Assembly: GCA_027592945.1 (NCBI GenBank)
Contig: JAQCJP010000002.1
Span: 1-44,518 of the forward strand
DNA from: Planctomycetota bacterium
GTDB lineage: Bacteria; Planctomycetota; Planctomycetia; Pirellulales; UBA1268
Direction of reading: 5' to 3'
DNA: 44,518 bases
Positions 36,419 through 44,518 of the stretch are shown here, piece after piece. The notes under the pieces were generated by a model. That model worked only from the letters and a program-made list of their open reading frames with translations, was not told the DNA's origin and did not search any database. A program made the position numbers and the translations under genes. The stretch's first letter is position 1. Every line of letters starts with the position of its first letter.

Positions 36419-37774
36419 ATGCCCAAAACGCAATATTCAGAACTGCTTTCCGGAGGAGAGGCCCGTCACGGCGGGTCAGGAGGAGAACGGAGGGCAGGCT
36501 CGCCCAACGGCCCGCCGTCCCCCCGGCTCGCGCCGGGGGGCTTTTATGCGCTGGTTGTTGTGGTCGCAGCGCTGCCGCTGGTGGCGGCCGAACCCGGCTG
36601 GACACAGTGGCGGGGGCCAGGCCGCGACGGCTTTGTGGCGGCGGCCGACTGGCCCGACGGCCTCTCCTCCGAGCGGCTTGAACGCCGCTGGCGGATCGAG
36701 CTGGGGCCGAGTTATTCCGGGCCGGTGCTCGCCGGCCTCGGCAACGGCCGGACGGCGGTGATCGTCACCGAGACCCGCGACAAAAAGACGGAGCACGTCC
36801 GGGCGATCGACGCCGCCACCGGGGCGGAGCTCTGGCAGGCCGAGTGGGAAGGGGCGATGAGCGTGCCCTTCTTCGCCGCCTCCAACGGCTCCTGGATCCG
36901 GGCCACGCCCTGCGTCGACGAGGGTCGCGTCTTTGTCGCTGGAATGCGTGATGTGCTGGTTTGCCTCGACGCGGCCACCGGCCGGGAGAACTGGCGGGTC
37001 GACTTCATGGATGCCTTCGAGAGCCCGCTGCCCTCCTTCGGATTCGTCTCAAGCCCGCTCGTCATCGGCGAGCATGTCTACGTGCAGGCTGGCGGGGGCT
37101 TCGTGAAGCTCGACAAGGCCAGCGGCGAGATCGTCTGGCGGGTGCTCGACGACGGCGGCGGGATGTCTGGGAGCGCTTTCTCGTCCCCCACCCTCACCAT
37201 GATCGGCGGCCTTCCCCAGGTGCTCGTCCAAACCCGCAATGATCTTGCAGCGGTCGATCCCGAGCAGGGCACCGTCCTCTGGAAGACGCCGATCAAAGCC
37301 TTTCGCGGGATGAACATCGTCACCCCCACTGTCCACAACGGGAAGGTCTTCACCACGAGCTACGGGGGCGGCTCGTTTCTCTACGCCGTCGATCCGGCCA
37401 GCGACGAGAAGCCGGTCGAGCAACTCTGGCGGAACAAGGTGCAGGGTTACATGTCGAGTCCGATCGTGATCGGCAACCACGCCTATGTGCATCTCCGCAA
37501 CCAGCGGTTTGCCTGCCTCGACCTGACCAGCGGCGAGGAGGCCTGGATCACCAAGCCCTTCGGCAAGTATTGGAGCCTGGTCGCCAATGGCGAGATGATC
37601 CTTGCCCTTGATGAGACGGGGGAGCTGCGGCTGATCCGGGCCACGCCCGCCTCCTTCGAGCTCGTCGGCGAGGCGAAGGTGGCCGAAGACGAGAGCTGGG
37701 CCCACCTGGCGGTCGAGGGCCGCGACATCTACGTCCGCGATCTCGAGGGCCTCACCGCCTACCGCTGGCAGTGA
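36419..37774 (+). CDS. PQQ-like / BamB-like beta-propeller repeat protein
   Basis: Repeated blade motifs: VLVCLDAATGRENWR, GFVKLDKASGEIVWR, DLAAVDPEQGTVLWK, RFACLDLTSGEEAWI. There is a hydrophobic N-terminal segment, FYALVVVVAALPLVAA. The start is uncertain because repeat copy B lies within codons 29-41. Confidence 0.8.
   Translation: MPKTQYSELLSGGEARHGGSGGERRAGSPNGPPSPRLAPGGFYALVVVVAALPLVAAEPGWTQWRGPGRDGFVAAADWPDGLSSERLERRWRIELGPSYSGPVLAGLGNGRTAVIVTETRDKKTEHVRAIDAATGAELWQAEWEGAMSVPFFAASNGSWIRATPCVDEGRVFVAGMRDVLVCLDAATGRENWRVDFMDAFESPLPSFGFVSSPLVIGEHVYVQAGGGFVKLDKASGEIVWRVLDDGGGMSGSAFSSPTLTMIGGLPQVLVQTRNDLAAVDPEQGTVLWKTPIKAFRGMNIVTPTVHNGKVFTTSYGGGSFLYAVDPASDEKPVEQLWRNKVQGYMSSPIVIGNHAYVHLRNQRFACLDLTSGEEAWITKPFGKYWSLVANGEMILALDETGELRLIRATPASFELVGEAKVAEDESWAHLAVEGRDIYVRDLEGLTAYRWQ
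36503..36540 (+). repeat. copy B of the 38-nt GC-rich palindromic repeat
   Basis: cccaacggcccgccgtccccccggctcgcgccgggggg. It contains the hairpin CCCCCCGG (36519-36526), loop CTCGCG, CCGGGGGG (36533-36540), followed by CTTTTAT. It matches copy A at 36/38. The overlapping 38-nt stretch 36506-36543 matches the reverse complement of 44481-44518 at 37/38. Confidence 0.85.
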
Positions 37775-40574
37775 GCCTCGTCCCCGCAAAGGCCCCCTTG
37801 GCCAGCTCGATCACCGTCACCGGCACGAGCGATAGGATCAGGATCCAGAGCCATTCCCCGCCGAGTTTGGAGCCAACCTGGAAGACATCCTGGGCGTAGG
37901 GGAGCGTGACCACGCTGACCTGCAACAGCGCCGAGACCGCGATCGCGGCCAGCAGCCAGGGGTTTGAGAAGAAGCCGAGTCCGATGGCCGTCCGGTGGTC
38001 GCTGCGGCAGCCGATCGCGAAAAAGAGCTGGCTGAAGGCCGCCACGCAGAAGGTGACCGTCCGGGCATGGGGCAGCCGCTCGGGGTCGCCCTGCCAGGTC
38101 CACCAGAAGGCGGCCAGCGATACCGCCGCCACGATCACGCCATGGGTCACGATCAACCTGCCGCGGGCCGGCGTGATCACCGCCTCGCGGGGCGGCCGCG
38201 GCGGCCGATTCATGATGTCGGCCTCAGGAGGCTCGAGGCCCAGAGCCAGCGCCGGCAGGCCGTCGGTGACGAGGTTGAGCCAGAGAATCTGAATGGCCGC
38301 CAGCGGCGCGGGCCAACCGGCGACCGCCGCCACGAACATCAGCAAGACTTCGCCGGTGTTGCAGGAGAGCAGGTAGTGGATGAACTTCTGGATGTTGTCG
38401 TAGATGCCCCGGCCCTCCTCGACCGCCGCCACGATCGAGGCAAAGTTGTCGTCGGTGAGCACCATGTCGGAGGCTTCCTTGGTCACGTCGGTGCCGGTGA
38501 TCCCCATCGCGATCCCGATGTCGGCCGCCTTGACCGCCGGGGCGTCATTGACACCGTCGCCGGTCATCGCCACCACCGCCCCGGCCCGTTTCAGGGCCTC
38601 GACCACACGGAGTTTGTGCTCCGCCGAGACCCGGGCGTAGACGGCGACGGTCGGCGCCTCCGCCACGAGCCCCGCCTCGTCGAGTCGGTCGAGCTCCGCC
38701 CCCGTCACGGCCCGCCCCGCCCCGTCGGCCATGCCCAGTTCCCGGCCGATCGCCAGCGCCGTGGCCGGATGGTCGCCGGTGATCATCACCGGCCTGATCC
38801 CGGCGGTACGGCACTGCTCGACCGCCCGCTTCACCTCCTCGCGGGGCGGGTCGATCATTCCGACCAGTCCGATGTGGACGAGTTCCCGCTCGGCGGCGTC
38901 GGGTTCCTTCTCGACCGACTCCCCCTTCTCCAGCGGCCGGCAGGCGAGCGACAAGACCCGCAGGGCCCGATCGGCCAGCGCCTCGGCCGCCGCGAGGATC
39001 TCCTGCCGACGCTCATTCGTGAGCGGCACGTCTTCGCCATTCCGCCGCTCGGCGACGCAGCAGCCGAGCACCGCCTCGGTGGCTCCCTTTGTCTCGAGCA
39101 CCCGGCCGCCGTCGGCGAGTCTCACGACCACGCTCATTCGCTTGCGTTCGGAGTCGAAAGGGATCTCGAAGATGACCGGCTCCGCCGGCTCATCCCGCGA
39201 GATGCCCCCCTTGAGCGCCGCCACGACCAGCGCCCCCTCGGTCGGATCGCCGACCACCTGCCAGGCTGCTCCGTCGCCCCCCGGCTGTACCTCGGCGTTG
39301 TTGCAACGGGCCGCGATCTCGAGCAGCCGGCGGAGGTCGGGCTCGTCGACGACCAATGCCGTCGGCACCTCGGCTCCGCCATCGGCCGAGCCTTCGCGAA
39401 GAAAACTCCCCTGCGGCGCGTAGCCGGCACCGGTGACGTGCCAGCAGCAGCCGGCGGTCACGATCTCGCGGACGGTCATCTCGTTGCGGGTCAGGGTGCC
39501 GGTCTTGTCGGAGCAGATCACCGTCACGCTGCCGAGCGTCTCGACGCTCGGCAGCCGCCGGACCAGCGCGTTGCGGGCCACCATCCGCTGCAGGCCGATG
39601 GCGAGCACCACTGTGACAACCGCCGGCAGCCCCTCGGGCACCGCCGCCACCGCCAGGCTCACCGCCCGGAGCAGTACCTCGGCAAAGGTGCCGTCGGCCC
39701 ACGTCGCGGCCAGACCGCCATGCCGCCAGACCTCGAGGCCGAAGATCACCGCAACCACGACCAGGCAGACCGCGATCAGCACCCGGCCAAGTTCCGCCAG
39801 CCGCCGCTGCAAGGGCGTGGTCTCAGTCTGGCCCGTTTCCAGGAGACTCGCGATCCTGCCCAGTTCGGTCTCCATCCCGGTGGCAACCACGATCGCCGCG
39901 GCATGGCCGGCCGCCACGACAGTTCCGGCATGGGCGATCGTGCGGCGATCTCCGAGCGGGGTGTCGGCCGGCAGCTCGGCAACCGCCTCCTTCTCGACCG
40001 GGACGCTCTCCCCGGTCAACGCTGACTCCTGCAGCCGCAGCGAGAACGACTCGACCAGCCGAGCATCAGCCGGCACCGCGTCGCCCGCCTCGAGTTCGAT
40101 TCGATCGCCTGGCACGACTCCGCGGGACGGAATTGAACGGGCCTCGCCGTCGCGGATCACCTTCGCGAGCGGGGCCGACATCCGCTGGAGGGCAGCCAGT
40201 GCCGCCTGGGCCCGCTCCTCTTGAAGAAAGCCGATGATCGCATTGACCAGCACGATCGCGACGATCGCCGTGGCGTCGGCCCAGTCTCCCATCACCGCCG
40301 CGATCATGGCCGCCACGATCAGGATCCCGATCACCAGCTCCTGAAACTGCCGCAGCAGCTTCCACCACCACGGCTCCGGCGGCCGCTCACGGAGCACGTT
40401 CTCGCCCACTTCGGCCCGCCGTCGCTGGGCCTCGGCCGCCGTCAGCCCCCGGCCCAGTTCGGTCTCGAGACGGCGGGCCACCTCCGTGGCCGGGAGGGCA
40501 TGCCAGGCGACGGGCGAGGCCCGATCTCCGGCCGCCGATCGGGCGGCGGTCGCTCTGGGTGGGGCAGTGGTCAT
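37752..40574 (-). CDS. P-type (type II, Ca2+/cation-transporting) ATPase
   Basis: CSDKTGTLT (phosphorylation site), [21 protein letters not shown], an N-terminal cation-ATPase segment ([28 protein letters not shown]) and 10 TM-like segments. Its ATG overlaps the stop of the upstream CaCA gene (ATGA). Confidence 0.92.
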   Translation of the reverse strand: MTTAPPRATAARSAAGDRASPVAWHALPATEVARRLETELGRGLTAAEAQRRRAEVGENVLRERPPEPWWWKLLRQFQELVIGILIVAAMIAAVMGDWADATAIVAIVLVNAIIGFLQEERAQAALAALQRMSAPLAKVIRDGEARSIPSRGVVPGDRIELEAGDAVPADARLVESFSLRLQESALTGESVPVEKEAVAELPADTPLGDRRTIAHAGTVVAAGHAAAIVVATGMETELGRIASLLETGQTETTPLQRRLAELGRVLIAVCLVVVAVIFGLEVWRHGGLAATWADGTFAEVLLRAVSLAVAAVPEGLPAVVTVVLAIGLQRMVARNALVRRLPSVETLGSVTVICSDKTGTLTRNEMTVREIVTAGCCWHVTGAGYAPQGSFLREGSADGGAEVPTALVVDEPDLRRLLEIAARCNNAEVQPGGDGAAWQVVGDPTEGALVVAALKGGISRDEPAEPVIFEIPFDSERKRMSVVVRLADGGRVLETKGATEAVLGCCVAERRNGEDVPLTNERRQEILAAAEALADRALRVLSLACRPLEKGESVEKEPDAAERELVHIGLVGMIDPPREEVKRAVEQCRTAGIRPVMITGDHPATALAIGRELGMADGAGRAVTGAELDRLDEAGLVAEAPTVAVYARVSAEHKLRVVEALKRAGAVVAMTGDGVNDAPAVKAADIGIAMGITGTDVTKEASDMVLTDDNFASIVAAVEEGRGIYDNIQKFIHYLLSCNTGEVLLMFVAAVAGWPAPLAAIQILWLNLVTDGLPALALGLEPPEADIMNRPPRPPREAVITPARGRLIVTHGVIVAAVSLAAFWWTWQGDPERLPHARTVTFCVAAFSQLFFAIGCRSDHRTAIGLGFFSNPWLLAAIAVSALLQVSVVTLPYAQDVFQVGSKLGGEWLWILILSLVPVTVIELAKGAFAGTRLTASGRR

Positions 40575-41638
40575 GAAAGCCGATAGACCATCAAGAGGGC
40601 TCCGAGCACGACCAGCAGCACGAGCACCGCGTCGGGATCGAAGATCGGAATCCGTCGTTCCTCATGGTAGAGCTGCCCGAGCACAGCCACCGCCGTCGCC
40701 ACGATCACCGCCACCGCCGTCACAGCGTGGGCCGGCGAGACGGCGGCAAACAGCGGCCCGTCGTGGCAGGCGTCGAGCGGCACGAAGAGCACCATATTGA
40801 GGGCGTTGCTGCCGAAGGTGTTGCCGATCGCCAGATCGAAGGCCCCCATTCGGACCGCCGCGATCGCGGCGACCAGCTCCGGCAGCGAAGTGGTGACCGC
40901 CACGAGGGTCGTGCCGACGAAGGTGCGGCCCAGCCCGGTCGCCGCGGCCAGCTGATCAGCCGTCGCGGCCAAATGCGGCCCGGCCACGAGGAGGACGATC
41001 GCCGCCGCCGCAAACAGGAGCCCCGGTCGCAGGGCCGCCACCAGCGGTGGTCGGCCATCCGCGGCCTCGGTGGCATGTTCCCTCTCGGCCCCTTCAGACC
41101 CGACCGCAGCCCGCTGCCGCGCCTCGGCCTCCGCCTTGGCCGCCGCCCGCACCGAGATCCGCTGATCGATAAACAGCATCCGCGCGCCGAAAAGCCAGGC
41201 GATCAGGATCGCCCACGACCAGCCGCCGATGCCGAGCGGGGCGAAGGCGGGGAGCCGTCCAGCAGAGAGCACCGCCAGGGCCGCCAGGCCCGTCAGGGCG
41301 ATCGAGAGCGTGGCTGAGAGGGCATGGCTGGCCGCCTCGCGGGAGAGCATCCGGTGGCCCGATCGCTGAGCCAGATCGATGCCGGCCAGGACGAGCAGGT
41401 TCATCAGGCTGCTGCCGAGCAGATCCCCGGCGGCCAGGTCGGCCATCCCGGCGCGGACCGCCGCCACATCGACCGACAGCTCGGGCAGGCTCGTCGCCCC
41501 GGCCAGCAGGATGCTGCCGACCAGCAGCCGGCCAAGCCCGGTGACGGCCGCGATCCGGTCGGCGGATCGCGCCAGGATCGTGCCTGCCGTCGCCACGACT
41601 GCCGCCAGGCCGAAGAACGTCGCGACGAGCGTGACCAT
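40571..41638 (-). CDS. CaCA-family sodium/calcium exchanger membrane protein (YrbG-like)
   Basis: Two alpha-repeat motifs, GATSLPELSV and VTTSLPELVA, in the two halves of a polytopic membrane protein with a charged central loop. Confidence 0.85.
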   Translation of the reverse strand: MVTLVATFFGLAAVVATAGTILARSADRIAAVTGLGRLLVGSILLAGATSLPELSVDVAAVRAGMADLAAGDLLGSSLMNLLVLAGIDLAQRSGHRMLSREAASHALSATLSIALTGLAALAVLSAGRLPAFAPLGIGGWSWAILIAWLFGARMLFIDQRISVRAAAKAEAEARQRAAVGSEGAEREHATEAADGRPPLVAALRPGLLFAAAAIVLLVAGPHLAATADQLAAATGLGRTFVGTTLVAVTTSLPELVAAIAAVRMGAFDLAIGNTFGSNALNMVLFVPLDACHDGPLFAAVSPAHAVTAVAVIVATAVAVLGQLYHEERRIPIFDPDAVLVLLVVLGALLMVYRLS

Positions 41639-41645
41639 CGTCTCC

Positions 41646-42428
41646 TCAGCCCAGGCGACGCCGCAGTTCGACGAGTGAGTCGGCCTCCGCCCGGACGCCC
41701 CGGCGGCTCATCGGCTTGGCCAAGATCATGCCCACGATGAAGCCGCCGACATGGGCCGAGTAGGCGACCCCACCGCCGCCGCCACCGCTGGCATCGAAGA
41801 AGCCGCTGATCACCTGAAACAAAAACCAGATCCCGACCGCGACGTAGCCAGGCACGTCGATCAGGATCCGGAGGGCGATCACGCTCACCCGCCGGTTGGG
41901 GTGGAGCACGAGATAGGCCCCCAACACGCCGGAGATCGCCCCGCTGGCCCCGAGGCTCGGCACCTCCGCTCCCTCGCCAAATGCGTTGAGGAACACGTAG
42001 ATCAGCGAGGCCAGCACCCCGCAGGCGAGATAGAAGAAGAGGTAGCTGACATGGCCCATGTCATCCTCGACGTTGTCGCCGAAGATCCAGAGAAACCACA
42101 TGTTGCCCAGCAGGTGCATCACGCTGCCGTGCATGAAAATGGCGGTCAGCAGGGTCAGCCAGACCGGCACCGGGGTCGGCTCGAGGCCGGGCACCGTGAC
42201 CTGCTGGGGCCCGCGAGGGGTCTGATAGATCCGCTCCTCGGTCGGCGTGACGATGTCCTTGCCGGAGATGATCTCCGCCGGCACCTGGACGTAAGCCATC
42301 GTGAACTTCTCGTTGGCCCCCATCCCCTGCAGCACCACGAACACGAACACATTCGCCGCGATCAGGGCGATCGTCACGTAGGGAAACGTGAGCCGATCCG
42401 AGTTGTCATCGCCGATCGGAAAGACCAT
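41646..42428 (-). CDS. rhomboid-family intramembrane serine protease
   Basis: HLLGNMWFLWIFG (H-x4-N region), catalytic LGASGAISGVLGAY and AHVGGFIVG (catalytic His region). Its TGA stop is embedded in TGAGGAGACGATG, which supplies a GGAG Shine-Dalgarno for the CaCA gene 7 nt downstream. Confidence 0.9.
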   Translation of the reverse strand: MVFPIGDDNSDRLTFPYVTIALIAANVFVFVVLQGMGANEKFTMAYVQVPAEIISGKDIVTPTEERIYQTPRGPQQVTVPGLEPTPVPVWLTLLTAIFMHGSVMHLLGNMWFLWIFGDNVEDDMGHVSYLFFYLACGVLASLIYVFLNAFGEGAEVPSLGASGAISGVLGAYLVLHPNRRVSVIALRILIDVPGYVAVGIWFLFQVISGFFDASGGGGGGVAYSAHVGGFIVGMILAKPMSRRGVRAEADSLVELRRRLG

Positions 42429-42493
42429 TCCGCACCGCTGCCACCAGGAAGGAACCGCGGCCCGGCTGCGGGTCGCGATCGCCAGGATAGCCG

Positions 42494-42532
42494 CCCCGGC
42501 AGCAGCGGGCGAACGCCGCCTGCCGGCCGGGG
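42494..42532 (-). terminator. imperfect GC-rich hairpin immediately downstream of galM
   Basis: ccccggcagcagcgggcg-aa-cgccgcctgccggccgggg. The arms are largely complementary (CCGGCAG/CTGCCGG and GGCG/CGCC). It starts 2 nt after the galM stop. No clear U-tract. Confidence 0.3.
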
Positions 42533-42533
42533 C

Positions 42534-43802
42534 TCAGCGGCTGAAGCGGTGCACCATCCGATGCCGGTAGGTCTGGCCCGGATCGAGCCGGACGCTCGGC
42601 CAGTCGGGATGGTGGATCGAGTCAGGAAACTTCTGCGTCTCCAGACAGATCGCGGCGTTGGGGCCGTAGACTGCCCCCTCCTTGCCGGTCAGCGTGCCGT
42701 CGAGGAAGTTGCCCATGTAGACCTGGATGCTCGGCTGGTCGGTAAGGATCTCGAGGGTCCGGCCGCTGGCGGGATCGCGAAGCAGGGCCGCCCGGCGGAC
42801 TTCGCCGTCGGGCCGCCAGCCCCGCAGGACATAGGCATGGTCGACGCCCCGGGGAGCGCCCGGAGGCGGATTCGGCGGCAGCGTTTCGATCGCGACCCGA
42901 CAGCGGGCCAACGGCTGCCGCTCCGGGCGGAAGTCGAAGCTCGTGCCGGCCACCGGCGCGAATGCTCCGGTCGGAATGCTGCCGGCGTCGACCGGCAGGT
43001 AGCGATCGGCTTCGACGGCCAACTCATGATCCTTGATCGAGCCCGATCCCTGGCCGGCGAGGTTCCAGTAGGAGTGGTGGACCATGTTGACGATCGTGGG
43101 GGCATCGCTGGTGGCCGTCATGTCGATGACCAGCGAGCCCTCGGCCGTGAGCGTGTAGACCACCCGGGCGACCAGCCGACCCGGATAGCCCTCGTCGCCG
43201 TCGGGCGAGACCAGTTCGAGTTCGACCGCCGGCCCGAGGGCAGTCGTGCGGGGGGTCGCCTTCCAGAGCTGCTTGTCGAAGCCGACCACGCCGCCGTGAA
43301 GGTGATTGGCCCCGTTGTTCGCGGCCAGGCGGTAGGTTGTGCCGTCCAGTTCAAACCGGCCGCCAGCGATCCGATTGGCACAGCGGCCACAGATCGCGCC
43401 GAAGTAGGGATGACCGGCTAGGTAGCCTTCCAGCGTGTCGAACCCGAGGACGACATCGACCGGCGGGCCGGCGGGAGCGTCGGCCGGCGGCGGCACGAGC
43501 AGGCTTGTCAGGATCGCGCCGTAGTCGGTGACAGTCGCCTGCCAGCCTCCGGGCACGGTGAGCGTATAGAGCGAAGCCTCCCGGCCGTCGGGCAGCGTGC
43601 CGAAGGGACGACACAACGGGACGGCGGAATCGGCGGCGGCCTCGACGGGCATGGGACTCTCCTCACCTGGGACAACGCCCGCGGCAGCGACGATGACCGT
43701 CGCCAGGACCCCGCGCAGAAGCTCCGGCTTCGACAGACGCCCGACGTGGATCATCCGACCCTCCCCAGCACGGAATGCGAACCCCGGGGAGCATACCTGC
43801 AA
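42534..43802 (-). CDS. galM: aldose 1-epimerase (galactose mutarotase), probably exported
   Basis: GANHLHGG, VHHSYWNL, DHAYVL and DQPSIQVYMGN blocks are typical of mutarotases. There is an N-terminal hydrophobic segment (GVLATVIVAAAGVV). An alternative start is the ATG at 43754. Confidence 0.88.
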   Translation of the reverse strand: MQVCSPGFAFRAGEGRMIHVGRLSKPELLRGVLATVIVAAAGVVPGEESPMPVEAAADSAVPLCRPFGTLPDGREASLYTLTVPGGWQATVTDYGAILTSLLVPPPADAPAGPPVDVVLGFDTLEGYLAGHPYFGAICGRCANRIAGGRFELDGTTYRLAANNGANHLHGGVVGFDKQLWKATPRTTALGPAVELELVSPDGDEGYPGRLVARVVYTLTAEGSLVIDMTATSDAPTIVNMVHHSYWNLAGQGSGSIKDHELAVEADRYLPVDAGSIPTGAFAPVAGTSFDFRPERQPLARCRVAIETLPPNPPPGAPRGVDHAYVLRGWRPDGEVRRAALLRDPASGRTLEILTDQPSIQVYMGNFLDGTLTGKEGAVYGPNAAICLETQKFPDSIHHPDWPSVRLDPGQTYRHRMVHRFSR

Positions 43803-43846
43803 CCGGTCGCCGACAACATCGGCCGGTCAACGTCCGGCGGTCGGCG

Positions 43847-44341
43847 TCAGGCAGCCTGCTGCATCTTCGCGGAACCGCGGCTCTTCGATGACGGCGCCGA
43901 GGCGGCCTCCTCTTCCTTCATCGCGATCCAGCCGTCGACGCTCCAGGGCCCGCCGCCGAAGGCCATCAGGGCCAGGAGGCCGCCGGCGATGGCGAGATTC
44001 TTCATGAACTGAATCGTCTGCAGCTGCCGCACCGCCGGATCGGCAAAGGTCCAGAAGTCGTGGAAGTAGTAGGTGGCCGCCACCAGGTAGGCCAGCAGGA
44101 AGCCCGCCCCGACGCGGGTCCATGAGCCGGCAACCACCGACAGGCCGCCGATCAGCAAGAGGCCGATCGCACCGAACAGGGCAAACTTCGGGCTCGGCAC
44201 CCCCTCGGAGGCCATGTATTCGGCAGTCTGCTGAAACTGCGGAATCCCGTTGCCGATGGCGCTGGCCACGAAAATGAAGGCCAGGCTCAGTCGCGCCAGC
44301 AGCGACGTGAATCCGCGTACGCCCGTCGTGAACTGATCCAT
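43847..44341 (-). CDS. DoxX-family membrane protein
   Basis: MDQFTTGVRGFTSLLARLSLAFIFVASAIGN..., four TM helices, and the HDFW and FMKNLAIAGGLL blocks typical of DoxX. I take the ATG at 44341, preceded by GGAG ~11 nt upstream, rather than the track start at 44407. Confidence 0.8.
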   Translation of the reverse strand: MDQFTTGVRGFTSLLARLSLAFIFVASAIGNGIPQFQQTAEYMASEGVPSPKFALFGAIGLLLIGGLSVVAGSWTRVGAGFLLAYLVAATYYFHDFWTFADPAVRQLQTIQFMKNLAIAGGLLALMAFGGGPWSVDGWIAMKEEEAASAPSSKSRGSAKMQQAA

Positions 44342-44480
44342 GAATAGGTGCTCCGCCTCCGCGGGCCGCGGCGACCTGCCACGGGAGCGAGATAGTGGCG
44401 AAGCCACGATGCCGCGGCAAGCCCGGTATTCCCCGCAAAAACCGCCTCCACGTCATCCACAACCAACCCCTCCCGCAGAG

Positions 44481-44518
44481 AAGCCCCCCGGCGCGAGCCG
44501 GGGGGACGGCGGGCCATT
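44481..44518 (-). repeat. copy C of the GC-rich palindromic repeat (inverted orientation, truncated by the window end)
   Basis: The reverse complement of 44481-44518, aatggcccgccgtccccccggctcgcgccggggggctt, matches 36506-36543 at 37 of 38 positions. Weaker similarity continues to about 44457. Confidence 0.8.

Noticed and set aside
37995-40025. 676-aa plus-strand ORF
   Set aside because: It is antisense to the P-type ATPase (DKTGT and GDGVNDAP are on the other strand). Its composition is typical of a shadow ORF.
41751-43421. 556-aa plus-strand ORF
   Set aside because: It spans the antisense of both the rhomboid and galM genes and the gap between them. It has no recognisable motif.
1-44518. 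Search for tRNA or rRNA genes, CRISPR arrays, IS elements, integrases, reverse transcriptases or toxin-antitoxin pairs
   Set aside because: I saw no T-loop/acceptor-like tRNA signatures, regularly spaced direct repeats, transposase or integrase motifs, or terminal inverted repeats bracketing genes. By eye the window looks like core chromosome rather than a mobile island.

Overview
Very GC-rich bacterial chromosome segment. Its gene content points to Planctomycetota: a PSCyt/DUF1549/DUF1553 plus DUF1501 pair, a PVC-type heme-binding dehydrogenase-like protein and a DUF1080 protein. All family calls come from motifs I read in the translations; no database search was possible. I support 30 protein-coding genes and found no tRNA, rRNA, CRISPR array, transposase or integrase. 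Three blocks stand out. (1) 22.8-35.6 kb holds a canonical recC-recB-recD operon with overlapping junctions. It is followed on the same strand by a divergent SbcD/SbcC (YhaO/YhaN)-like nuclease and coiled-coil ATPase pair. The nuclease has DWQ where the family has DxH in motif I, and the ATPase has no CxxC zinc hook. This is my best candidate for an unusual system, though it may simply be a repair operon. (2) 14.6-22.5 kb is a glycan-modification cluster with five GT-B modules in three proteins, two methyltransferases, a sulfotransferase and a translationally coupled 81-aa coiled-coil ORF. No transporter, polymerase or priming enzyme is present in the window. (3) A 38-nt GC-rich palindromic repeat occurs three times, at 13.16 kb, 36.50 kb and the 44.5 kb window edge, at gene boundaries and in different reading frames. 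The ORF track does not explain it. The remaining genes are housekeeping or envelope functions: tdk, a SMUG-type glycosylase, an RluA-type synthase, a porin, a ClC channel, a rhomboid-CaCA-P-type ATPase operon, galM and DoxX. The many long antisense ORFs are high-GC artefacts.
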